Below are positions 38,301 through 50,200 of a DNA stretch of 64,000 nt, in pieces (the stretch's first letter is position 1; each line of letters starts with the position of its first letter). Both the position numbers and the translations under genes were made by a program. The stretch is from Monocercomonoides exilis PA203. Its lineage: Eukaryota > Protista > Preaxostyla. The DNA is taken from contig LSRY02000029.1 of assembly GCA_001643675.2 (NCBI GenBank), positions 620,001 to 684,000 on the forward strand, given 5' to 3'. The notes under the pieces were generated by a model, which was not told where the DNA came from, did not search any database, and saw only the letters and a program-made list of their open reading frames with translations.

Positions 38301-40555
38301 CTGCATCTCCATCATCTCCCTCTCCCTCTGCTCCCTCACCGCCTTCTTCAGCATCTCCATGTGCCTCAGAAGAGGCGAAGGCGACGATCGAATCGTCTGC
38401 CAGTCCACTCCTTCAAAAAAGAGGTGCCTCTTCGCCTCTGCCAGCGTCAGGCGCTGAGAAGGGTCGAGAACAAGAAGAGAGCGAAGGAGAGAAAGAGAAT
38501 GAGGAGTCACATGCACTGGACGATGACACCTGCGCTGTTTGTGATTGGAGGAAGAATGAGGATGGCTTGACTGATTTGAATTATTTGAATTATTGGGTTG
38601 ATTAGGATTATTAGCATCATTGGTGTCATTGGTTAGATTGGGTTGCTTGGAATGGTTGGAGGCAAAGCCGTTTGTTTGGGATGTGGATGATGTGTTTGAA
38701 GAGGCATTTGTGTTCAATTTTGTGCATTCTGCTGTCTTCGCACTGTTTTGAGTATTTATTTCTGAGTCTTTTCCCTTCACACCTAATTTCTCTTTCTCCT
38801 TCTCCTTCTCCTTCCTCTTCTCCTCCTTCTTCCACATCCTCTCCAGTCTCTTCACTGCCCTGGGCAGCCCAATGTCTCCTCTGAGAATGCTCTGCTCCAC
38901 CTCAAAAACTGTCCTTCCTCTGAAAGGAGGGCGCCCAAAGCACAGAAAATAGAGCAATCCTCCACAACACCAGGCATCGCTGGCTGAAGTGGAGTGGGTG
39001 GAGAGAAGGAGCTCTGGTGAGATGTAGTGCGGAGAGCCGACGAATGTGTGGGAGGAGAGAGGGAGGGAAATGGATGGACAATGCTGAGAGGAAGAAGAAG
39101 AGGAAGAGGAAGAAGAAAAAGGAAAAAAAGAAGAGGAGGTGGTGGATCCTGGTATGAGTGATGGCTGGCGTGCTGCTGTTTCAGTGGGCATTCCAGCAGA
39201 ATACTCCACAAACGACGAGAAGGAGCTGCGGGGGCCGTCAGAAGCAGCCGCTGCAAAGGAAGGGGTGCGAGATGGGTTGTATTGAAATGACGGGCGGTGG
39301 AGAAAAGAAGTGCTGGTGAACTTCTGTGGATTGGATGGGAGGAATGGCTGAGACAGAGTGGATGAGGCAGAGGCAAGAGAAGAAGAAGAAGATGATGATG
39401 ATGATGTGGAGGAGGAAGAGGAGGCAAAAGCAGAAAAAGAAGTTTGAAAGCGCTTCGCTAAAAAAGGGTTAGCAGAAGAAGGCACAGAAAAGGGGTTTCT
39501 GATGGAAGAGCCCTCAGGGAATGTGGGGATTGAGTCAGGCGACTGCTGGAATGCTGGTGCAAACGTCGTGCTCTGCGGCATCAGCGCAGAAGGCTGTGTT
39601 GGTTGTGGCCTCCCTGCACCGTAGTTAAAAAGTGCAGAATGCATTAGTGATATCGAATCTCTTGACTGAGGGGGTGTAGGCTTTTCTTGCGTGGTAGTGT
39701 CTGCACCATCATTCTTCATCTGCTTCATCATCGCTTCTTCCATTCGGCGTATCTCTCGATAGTCCTTCGCTGTACCAAAATCTGTTAGCTTCATGTGCCC
39801 GTCAAATCCAATTATTACATTCTCTGGCTTTATGTCTCTATGCAAAATTCTAAAATAAAAATATTATTAAAGCTTTTCTGTAAAAAAACCAAAAGGTCAT
39901 TCTTTTAAAGATCCAACAAACTCATTTGAATGCAAATAGTCTATAGCATCAAAAACTTCAGCTGCGCAAAATTGAACAATATGATCATCAACAAAATCCT
40001 GTTTTTTTGTTTTTTAGAAAATGCAAATTTTTTCTTCAACAAAAACTAATGAAAAATTAATCAAACGTCAAATAAAGAAGAATAAATTGTTGTCAGATTT
40101 GCCAAGCCAAGTTCTAAAAGAAATGCTAAAGAAATGTTGATATTTCTGCATACAAAAATAATAAAAAGGAATCTAACAAATCGTTTTTTGATCCTCGAAC
40201 ACCATGTACAATTGAATAATATTTGGGTGATTCAATTTATCGAGAATTACAGCTTCAGCTGCAATTGTTGCAGATTTTTTAAGACGTCGAAGTTTGTGCT
40301 TGTCAAATTGTTTGAGTGCAAAAGCTTGTCCAGTACGTTTGTAACGCACAAAATAAACCTGTATATCGATAAGCATTATTTTTTATGTGAAATTTGAAAT
40401 CCATTTGAATTGAATAATAATTTTCAAACAGATGCGAATGAGCCTTCTCCAAGCTCTTCACCAATCTCAAAATCAGAAAGTTTTGTACCAGGTGGGAAAT
40501 AATATTCATTATTTGGGTTTCTTGCAATGGATGAACGGCGATTAATAGCATCCAT
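32316..40555 (-). CDS. AGC-group (PDK1/Pkh-like) Ser/Thr kinase with huge Ser-rich inserts and tail and a C-terminal UBZ-like finger
   Basis: Small 5' exons give DFEIGEELGEGSFAS|VY...FALKQFDK...LNHPNIIQLY; the final 7.5-kb exon has HRDIKPEN, DFGTAK, TFVGSPHYISPE, PPFRG, DPSQRL and HLFFEGVDW. Confidence 0.85.
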
Positions 40556-40659
40556 TACATTGTGTGATCGCACCCAGCATAATAAAAACAAAATTCATCT
40601 TTAAAATGAGTGAAATGATTAATTCAATAGTTTTTCAAAAAATAAACATATGTCAATAT

Positions 40660-41658
40660 TCAGCTTTTGGCTTTTCCAGAAGAACTTCGTTCTTTTTTGC
40701 TTTTCGGTACTTCCTTTTCTTTTTCTATTGATATCTCTTTTTCTTTCATAATTTCTAATTCTTTTTTTGCTTTTTTTTCTTTCTCTTTCCTTTCTTTATC
40801 AAACTTCCAATCGTTAAGCGCAAGAACATCTTCTCTTTGTTGAGCTTCTTCCTCTTTTTCCCTTTTCTTTTTTTCAATAACTCTAAAATCTGTTCCTTTT
40901 TCTAATGCACATTCAACGATTTGCTCCATTTTTTTGGAAGAATGAAGTCGACGCGACTTACTAATATAATTTTTTAATAAAAAAATATTTATAATAAACA
41001 GAAAATATAAGGCATACTCAAAGTGGGTGACTCTTCCAGGAAGGGATCCTTCTGCTTTAAAAAAATCAGGCGCATATTCGACAGCAGGAAATGGTTTATC
41101 TCCACCGGTTTTACAAGGAATTCCATTTCTCGCATCCTCAACAAATTTATGAGTGCCCATCATTTTTTCAACTGTTGTACCCCTTGAAATCGGAGAAGGA
41201 GCCCTCATTTTTGTACCCATTTCATGTTCAAGTGAAAAAGTGTGTTTACAATGTTCTTAGCAATGTTTCGTTTCACAAATAGTTAATAACAAATAAATTA
41301 TGCACAGACAATTTATTATCAAATTTTTAAATGAATTTTTCAAATGTCACACTTATATCTTCTGGGAATACACGAATTGTTTGCCAGTGGTACTCTGACG
41401 ATTGTTGTTCAGGATAGCAGCGAATAGAATCAACAGGACTTATATTTAATATAACAATATTTAAAACTTAGAATTCTACAAACTAAGACCCTGAAGGCAA
41501 AAAATCTCTTTCAATATGTTTTCTACTTCCGAACATCCTTGAATGTTCTTCATTCTATTAAATTTTTTTAAGAAAAAAGAAATGAAATCATTTGCAAGAA
41601 AGTTTTTCAATCATACAACAATAGTTCCGTATTTTGAAGAAGTATTATCTTTTAACAT
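40660..41658 (-). CDS. SPATS1 (SASRP1)-like cilia/sperm-associated protein, multi-exon
   Basis: RNGIPCKTGGDKPFPAVEYAPDFFKAEGSLP and EDVLALNDW resemble SPATS1 (NGIP...GDNPY..PE.S..F.KAG..LP; EVEELDNW); upstream exons from ATG 41658 join in phase. Confidence 0.65.
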
Positions 41659-41746
41659 TCAAAACAAATATTATGGTTATCGCTTTTAAAAAATAAATAT
41701 GTGATTGATCGAATTTATTTTTTATAAAAGTCTTTTTGTATAATAT

Positions 41747-42946
41747 ATGAATAAGTGGAGCTTTGTTAATAGGTGTATATATGTATTGCAAATTGTTTTT
41801 GGAGGTTTGTACATTTTCAAACTTGTCAAAAATATTTTTCATTTCATTATTTTAGCTGTCTATCTTTATGGAGCTGAAAAGAATAATTTTTGGATAAGAT
41901 TGATTACAAAGCCGATGCCAATTCTTTTTCTTCTTCCTTTGCTTATTTCGTTTTGGGAAAGAGAACTTTCCGAATTCCCAATTCACACATCAGAGCCAAA
42001 ATATATCAGAAGTATTGAGATAAATATATATAATTGTTTTCAATCACTAAACCTTTTTTCAATAAATTGTTCTTTTTTTATGATAAGAATGGATTATGAT
42101 GGGGGTTATTTCAGGTGCTTTTGGAGACTTTTTCCTTGTGTACACAAATGTTGTTTGCAAAATTCTTGGAGGGATTGCTTTTGTGCTTGGCCATGTGTTT
42201 TATCTTATTGCAATATTTCCAAGAAAAGATAGACCCCCCTTATCAGTGTTCATCATCTTCATTCTTTGCGATGTAATGTCATCTGTGAATATTTTTTTAA
42301 TCAACTATTCATGTCTAAAATCTCCCCTTATTTATGGAATCGGAATAATTGGCTATTTATCTCTTGAAGGATTTGTTGTAGTCTGTATGGCAACTGCACC
42401 TCGAACAAAAGATCGTTGTCCGTATGCCTTCTCATTTATTATTTTTATTTAAAAAAATAATTTGATATTTTCTCTTCAAATTGCATTAATATATTTATCA
42501 TATATAATGTTCAGTACATGTCAAAATTTAGGAATATTTGGAGGATTTATGTTTTTCTTTTCTGACATCGTTCTTGTGATTCATGCTATCTCACCGAATC
42601 CTGTGAAATTTCGCAACTACGTTGTGATGATTCAGTATTATATTGGTTTGTGCTTATTTTGATCGATCAAGAAAACATTTTAAACTTTCATTATTTTTAC
42701 TACTATTTTTTAACATTTTGAATTGATGTTATGCAAATATTCTACCTCATGTATATATTTTCAGGTCAATTTTTCATTGCTTATTCTTCAAGACAATGGA
42801 TGTGTGCTGCTTGCAAAGAAGAATCATCTCATACCGATGCAAGCATAACTAATCAGTCATGCATTCATAAGACCCATTTAAAATACCCACAAAATCTAAT
42901 TTCCTCTGAAACAAACGAGGCACAACATCTTCTCAATGCTCACTAG
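41747..42946 (+). CDS. YhhN/TMEM86 family lysoplasmalogenase-like membrane hydrolase (multi-exon)
   Basis: TKPMP, GAFGDFFL, AFVLGHVFY, FFFSDIVL and MIQYYIG|QFFIA are YhhN conserved motifs. Confidence 0.85.
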
Positions 42947-43509
42947 AAATATGCAAGATACTTGAAACTCATTCAGTTAGCGCAAACTTCTACTGCGTTC
43001 AATTTCATTGTGATTTCTCCCTTCTTGGCAATTGCACAATAACTTGGTTGATACACATAGATATATAATAATATTCGCTTTACAACAATATCTGCAATGT
43101 GTAATATGAAGAGAATGTTTTATTTTTCGTTTTTGAATTTAAGTTATCTTGCTTGTAAAGTTTTATTGAGATTGTTTTTTTTTTTTTTTAAGTTTGTTTA
43201 AAGCAGTCAAATCTTGAACTTTTTTTCTGTAAACAGAATGAGTTTTTTTTGAAAAGAAATTTTAAACTTAAAATTTAATTTTCTATTAAATATAACATTT
43301 ACGTTTAACGCGGAAAATTATGGAAGAAATCATCAATAACTTAAACGCCCATAAAATAATAATTCGATACAAAACTCATGAAATAAGTTTGAAATTTCAA
43401 AAACTCACATTTAAAACATGAATCCTTTCTTTTTTTGGACATATTTACAAAAATTGATAACAACAAATTTTTGAAATTGAATTCAAAACGTGAAAACCAT
43501 AAAAATATT

Positions 43510-43581
43510 CGTCCACTCCGGGAATTGAACCCGGGCCATGAGAGTGACAGTCTCATATTCTACCGACTATACTAAGCGGAC
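43510..43581 (-). tRNA. tRNA-Asp(GTC)
   Basis: GTCCGCTTAGTATAGTCGGTAGAATATGAGACTGTCACTCTCATGGCCCGGGTTCAATTCCCGGAGTGGACG folds as a cloverleaf with anticodon GTC; T5 run downstream. Confidence 0.97.
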
Positions 43582-43710
43582 TTGTTGAAAAGCGAAATAT
43601 TGATTTCAAATTATGAAAATAACTTTTCTTTCTTTTTTTTATTTTTTTTTTTTTGATTATTTTGTTTCCATAAAATGAAAAACTTCATTTTCAAAAGTTT
43701 CTTTGTTAAA

Positions 43711-44090
43711 TAGTGGTGGACACTTTCAAAAATTGTGGACAATGGTATAATCTTAATGACTATTGATTGATGCGTTTTGACAATTAACCCAATTATACTC
43801 TTATTGAATACAATTTTTAAAGACATTTTGAAATGAAACAACTTGCTTTTAAAAATAAAAATAATAATATTTTCTATTTTCGGAGAAACTCAAAAATACA
43901 CATTCCTCCGAGTTTTCCCGAAAAGAAATAGTTATTTTCGGATTATTTTTTCATTTTTGAAAAGTGATTAAAATAACACATTTTGTTTCATATTGAATGG
44001 GAGAATAATTAGCTTTGTTGTCAAAATGCACCTTTCATAAGTTATTGAGATAATGCAACTATCCACAGATAATGAAAGTGTCCACCACTA
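43711..44090. mobile_element. 380-bp foldback/MITE-like palindromic element
   Basis: Terminal 18 bp perfectly inverted (TAGTGGTGGACACTTTCA); outer 100 bp 75/100 identical without gaps; inner stem (43871-43891 / 43910-43931) has the same centre (~43900); 9-bp flanks TTTGTTAAA / TTTTTCAAA (7/9). Confidence 0.8.
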
Positions 44091-45961
44091 TTTTTCAAAT
44101 AAAAATTCAAAAATCAATTAGGTTGATAAAAGATCCTGATGTAGTATGTCTCATTAAATCTAATAAGAATGGTCTGACGAAGATGATCTCATTCACAATT
44201 CAATTTTTGGTATGATTTGAAAAAAGGAATCTTTTGAATGATTTTAAGAAAGCAAAGTGTGAATGGTAAATTCTCAAAAAAGATGATTTGGAGCGTTCAC
44301 TATGTCTGACACCATTTTAATTTTGTTTATTCACTTTTTTCATTCAATATCCAATTTTGCAAAAAATAATTAGTGTCCACCAGAAAAAAATTCACAAATG
44401 ATAAAACTTAAATTTGAACAGGTTAATGATAGACTTTTCATATGAATCACTCCAAAGAAAATAATTTTTCAAGGTAATTATTCATTGATTGTTTGACACA
44501 AGACAGTTTTATTAATCTGATATTTTCGAATATTATTTATAATCGTTCAAAAAGACCATTTGTGTGAGGATTTTGTGTTGATGGATAAAAACCACAAATG
44601 ATTGCATCAAACAAACTCTGAAGTCGGAAATATGGAAATTTCGTTAGAATTATTCTAATGGATAATGAATTCAAACAAATTAAAAAATATAATGTCAATA
44701 TTTATGTCAATTTTATCATTGTTCATTTCATTTTCGGAAACTTCAGCACTGTCGAAAGAAGAAAACATTCTATTGCATTCACGTCCAAAAGTTTATTTAT
44801 CTTTCAACCAAAAAAGACTTAAAGAAAAATGTCCAACATTTATTAACTCTCATTTGTTTATATAGAATCAAATGCGCTCAAGAGATTGTCTAAGAAATCA
44901 TAAAAAAATTTCAGGGTACTAATATTTCCAAGGTTATTTGTGTTTGAAAAGAGATTTTGTTTTCGAATACAAAATTCATCAAAACCATTTCAAAAACAAA
45001 TGTCAAAGCTCTTTTAAAAAATTATGGATATCTTAAATAAGCCTTTTCATTTTTTAGTGTTTTTTTGTTGATATTTATAGATAATAACTGAACAGATATT
45101 TAAGAAAGGAAAAATATGAAATCAGTTATTCTTTCATATATTGTTGGAAAAAACATGACATCAAAAATAATCGTCCATCTCTAACTCTATTTCAATTTCA
45201 TTATCTCTTCCACTTAATTATTTGTTTTTTTCTTTCTCTGTTTTAATCTCTTATTCATTTTTTATCATTTTCTTCTTGATATCTTGAATTTTAGCCTTCC
45301 ATTTGAATTCTACTGTGTTTGGAAGAGGAAAAATTGGAGGAAACGGATATGAAGAAGAATTATTGAATGAGAAAACAGAGTGAGATAACTTTTTAATAAG
45401 GAGGCTGATTGTGAGCTGCTGCACTCTGAATTTGTTTTGTTTTATTTGACAAAAGTTGGAAGAATGAAAAATAATAAATTCAAAACATTTGGAGGTGAGG
45501 AACTCAAATGAGAAAAAAATTTTTTTTGAATTATAGGAGAAAGCAATTTTCACAAAATTGACATATTGTTTGTTGCTTATGAGAATTAGTGGATGAATAA
45601 AAAGAAGAAGAAGCGTATAAAGGCCTGAAAAATAGCATTGAAGAATAGATTGAAAATGAAAAAAAAAAAAGAAAAAAAAAAAACACTGGAAAATTTCAGA
45701 CGGACGTGAAAATAATTTTTCAACTCGTCATACAGGTTTAAATAAAATCATTTATTAATAGCTTTTATCAATGGAAAAAATAAAAAATAAGAGTTATCCT
45801 AACAGATCGATAACTAAATTTCCATTTCTCTCTGAAGAAAGAAATAAAGTTGATTTTTGTTATTAAAACTGAGAATTTTTTCATTGGAAACATGATTTAA
45901 ACAGGATTAATGAACACTTCGAAAAAGAAAAGTTGGAAGAATATGAGTGAACATTATTTAC

Positions 45962-45967
45962 AAAAAA
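45962..45967 (-). terminator. Pol III T6 terminator of tRNA-Ser
   Basis: Six T residues 2 nt downstream of the tRNA 3' end on the minus strand. Confidence 0.7.
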
Positions 45968-45969
45968 CG

Positions 45970-46051
45970 CGCACTGAGCAGGATTTGAACCTACGCGGGA
46001 TAAACCCAACAGATTTCAAGTCTGTCGCCTTAACCACTCGGCCATCAGTGC
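45970..46051 (-). tRNA. tRNA-Ser(TGA)
   Basis: GCACTGATGGCCGAGTGGTTAAGGCGACAGACTTGAAATCTGTTGGGTTTATCCCGCGTAGGTTCAAATCCTGCTCAGTGCG: long variable arm, anticodon TGA. Confidence 0.97.
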
Positions 46052-46849
46052 TGTGGGGAAAAAAGTTTTTTGATAATGAACGGGACGATATAAATTTTTG
46101 AATTTTTTGTTTTTTTTGTGAAAAAAAAAAATAAAAAATAAGAATTCAAATATTTATCTTTTTTTCTGGAAACAAAGTCAAAAATAAAAAATTGAGAGAT
46201 CTTCAATCAGTTAAAACGAGTTATTATCACTTCCTGCATTATCAAATTTTCATTCAAATATGTATAAAACATTGCAAATAAATTTGTTTCAGAAACAAGA
46301 GAAATATTTAAACTTTTTCAAATGTTTTTCTTTTTATGGAAAGATCAACATTTTTAAAGATAGATTGCGATTGTCCAATCGAAAAATTCAGATCTTATTT
46401 AGGTCATTGCATAAAAAAATATCAGGGTTTATTGTCGGTCCAACAAAATGTTTTGTAAAATTACCATGATTTCAAAAAAAGTTTTTTTTCAACATAAAAT
46501 AATTATAAAACCAAAGAAAATTAAATAAAAACAATACGTATTAAAAAATGAATGAAAAAAGAAATATTTGAAACAACAGGAATAAATATAACAAAGTTTT
46601 GAATAATATAACAGTGAATGAGCTTAAAAAGGAAAAAAGATTTCAACAATAGTTTATCAAAAATCTTTATTTTACTTACTATTTCTACTGATAGACAATC
46701 TAATTTCAAAAGAAATATAAATCATCATAAATTTCTCTCTAATTTCTTTTGATTTTTTTTAACATGTAATTTCTTGGTCAAAGCGTCACTTTGTGAACAA
46801 TTCAAGGCTTTATTTGAAAAGCAGTAAAGTGCGAAACATCTTTTCCGCA

Positions 46850-47267
46850 TTACCACATGACTGGAGTTAGTTCAATCTGTGCTTTCCTGGTCATCGGAAC
46901 AGATTCAACTTGAGTAGCTACAGTTGGAATAAAATCTTTAAATTGAACAATTGGCTGTGGTGGCTGTGGCTGAAATAGCTCTTCGTGTTTTTTTGAGGGT
47001 GCACCATTCGAAACGGTTGAAGATGTTGATGGAACATTGTATGACAAAAAGGTGCTAATGCATTTTGTAACGACACGAGAAGCCACAATCAGCAGAGCAG
47101 AAGGAAGAGGAAGAAGAAAATAATTGGGCCGTTCTATTGGAGCAGCTTTCGATTCATCTTGTGCTGCATCACATGCTGCATCTTGCAAATTGTCTTCCTC
47201 AAACACTCCACCAATGTCATCAACTCCTCCATTCTCTGAATCATCATCATCATCATTTTCTTCTTCT

Positions 47268-47299
<32 letters not shown>

Positions 47300-50200
47300 T
47301 TCTTCCTCCTCTTCTTGTTCTTCCTCTTCCTCTTGTTCCTCTTCTTCTTGTTGTTCTTCATTGCTTTCACCTTCACTTTCATCCACATCAATCTCAGATT
47401 GCGAGCCAGATGCCGTTGTGCTAGTTCCCAAATGACTTCTTTCAATAACTTGCGCCTGATGCTGATGGGCTTGCTTCATTCTGATTGACTGAAGATGATT
47501 CAACGATGAAGACCGAGAAAGCTGAGTTGGAGACAATAGATCATCTTGAGTGTGTCTGACAAATGGGGATCTCGGAGGAAGGGAAGATGTTTCATCTCTT
47601 TCAGTGGGCATTCTGGAAATTGTCAGGACAGAAGGCACGACTGAAGGAGTGACTGATGAAGATGAACTGGCTCCACATTCAGCTATGTCTGAATGCTCAT
47701 CTGATGTTTGTGATTGCCTAACAGTATTCTCATTGAGTAATGAAAGAGAATGGATTGGCTGAGGAATTAATTCAGGAGTGTGTGATTGCTCGTCTGATGG
47801 TGATGACGAAGGCGAAGGAAGAAGCTCTTGATCTGGCAGCAATGGAGACGGCTGCAATGCACCTTCAGGGATTGTTTGTGCTGGAATCGATAAAGACAAA
47901 GAAAACGAGGATCCTTCATTCGCTTCTGTGCTGGAAGAAGAAGAAGAAGATGATGATGATGAACCTGTGGATATTGGCACGCTGATATTTGAAGAAATTT
48001 GTGATGCTCCTTGATTGTCTTCTGTGCTGTCAACATTTTCTCTCAATGCTGCTTCTTCTGGCTGATTAAGAACATCAAATCTGGCTGTGCTCCGAAGTGT
48101 ATCCGAAAATCTTTGAAGAACCATTTTTGAGGCCATTCTCTTCATTCTTTTCCTTTGCATTTCTGCTCTACTGTCATTAATCTGATCTTTGCTTTCGCCA
48201 TATTCTTCGTTTTCCGCTTCCTCCTCCTCATCATCATCATTGCCACTAACTTCGTCATCATCGTTTTCTTCTTCATCTTCGTTCTCTTTGTTTCCATCCT
48301 CTTTTGAAGAATCTTTGGTCAAACCTGTCTTTTTCTTTGCCATCATTTTCCGAGATGTGAGTGATGCTTCCTCTTCCGATTTTCTTTTCTTCTCATTTTC
48401 TCGCTCTTTCTCTTTCTTTTTGGCTTCTTTCTCTTCTTTTTCTCTTTCCATTTCCTCTTCTTTCTTCTTTTGCTCTTCTTTAATCTCAAGTTCGTACCGT
48501 TTCTTTAGTTCCTCTTCGTTTGCTTCCCAGTTGTCTTCCTTTTGCATCTCATGCTCATCTTCCTCTTCTTCCAGCTGCATCAGAAACTCTTCATCTCGCA
48601 GAACCACGGGCTTTACACAGCTTTCGGAAGAAGAACAGCCATTGGCATTCTCTCCTCTTTGACTTGAAAAAGCTGTCGATTTGAGTTTTCCTTTCATCCC
48701 TTTCATGACTGTTTCTGTTCTTGACACTTCATCTTGAACAATTTGCATCCACATCTTATTCCTTTGGTCAGCTTTTGCACCAACAAGCATCTTAGACCGC
48801 AATTTCATTCCTACTTCGTCGACCAAACGTTCAAAAAACGTTGATGACGATAAGGCAGAAGAAATACATGCCAGTGGAGAGCCAAAAGATGTGAACATCT
48901 GTCTGTCTTCAGGGCATGTCAAGAGATATTCGCTTGAATACAACAAAGGCTGCGATGACAGCTGTCGAATGAGTGAAAGTGCCCTTCGCTGAATGTGATG
49001 CGCCTTCAGAAAAGATATGGATTCAATTAGGCAGCACAACAGATGATAGAAGCATGCATAAATATGAAACAAAGTTATCAGGTCACATCGCAGTTCCAGA
49101 ATTGCACACAAAACAGATACGCCATTCGCTGTAAGAAAGATCCTTTGGTTTGTTGCATTCTTCTCCATCAGATTAGAAAGGGCACAACAGCCAGCTCCAT
49201 ACAACTTGCTTGATGTTGAGCGTTTTGACAGACATGCAACAATTGCTTCAATTGCATTCCTCTCTCCGAGCATCAGGCAACTCAGCGGATCGTCTTTAGA
49301 TAAATGTGCAACAACCCACAATGCACATTCAACAGCATCTTCAGCAGGCAGCTTGAAACGACTCGTCTTGTACAAAGACTTCGTTTTATTCAGATCCGAC
49401 AAAATGATATTAATCACAGCATTCATCCCTGTTGCATCTCGAACACTCTCCAATGCCATTTTGCGTTCAGTGAACAAATAAACACAGTACATTGCTTCAC
49501 ATCTCAAGACGTTGCGCGCAAATGAAGAAACAGGATGAGTGCTCGTCTGCAAGAATTCGCATGTGGATGGAGAGATAAGCGCAATCAGCTTGCCGATCAC
49601 CGCTCGCATAGTTTTGAGCCGCAAATAGTCAGATTTTGTTCGGAATGGCTTGTTCTCAAAGAAGAAGAGACGTTTGTCTTCGTTGCCAATTAGAAGAGTA
49701 GACATCAGATTTCCATTGCTTCCTGCCTTGCTTCCCAGCTTCTCTTCTCCGCCTTTTCCTTCACAGAAGTACACCAAAATGCGCAGTGCCATTATCCGCA
49801 TTTCTTCAGTCGAATCTTTGTGAGACAGTATTTCTCCTATTACTTTCACTCCACCTTGTGATTGCTCCTTCACAAAGGCATCCAGAAAGATTCTGCATAC
49901 TTCATTTGCCTGCACATCGTCTCCAATAGCTGTCAGAATACTCAGAACGATATTGTCCGCATCTGGAATCTCACTTCGCACTCTGTTGGCATCCTTTTTC
50001 CACTGATCAAGAAAGACGGCAAACAAAGTGTAATCTTCAATTGTCTCTCTTTCGAATGCTGTGGAAGAAGCAGAAGGAGGAACAATAAGTGCAATGTCTT
50101 TCTTCATGTATATTTCTGACAGCTGCTTCTGAAGCTCCCCACGAGACATGCATTCAAAGCGAATGTTGAATGACTCTGCATTGTGGAACTTCATCACCTG

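Noticed and set aside
32252-39427. Numerous poly-Glu, poly-Arg/Lys and poly-Leu ORFs overlapping the kinase gene (likewise over 46850-64000)
   Set aside because: Shadow frames of stop-poor triplet repeats with no domain content
44128-44160. U2 snRNA-like AAGATC...TGTAGTAT motif
   Set aside because: Spacing differs from U2, and the U2 5' sequence, stem IIa and Sm site are not recognisable
45970-46051. tRNA with TGA read as a suppressor or selenocysteine tRNA
   Set aside because: TGA is the anticodon, which decodes the Ser codon TCA; the structure is an ordinary type II tRNA-Ser
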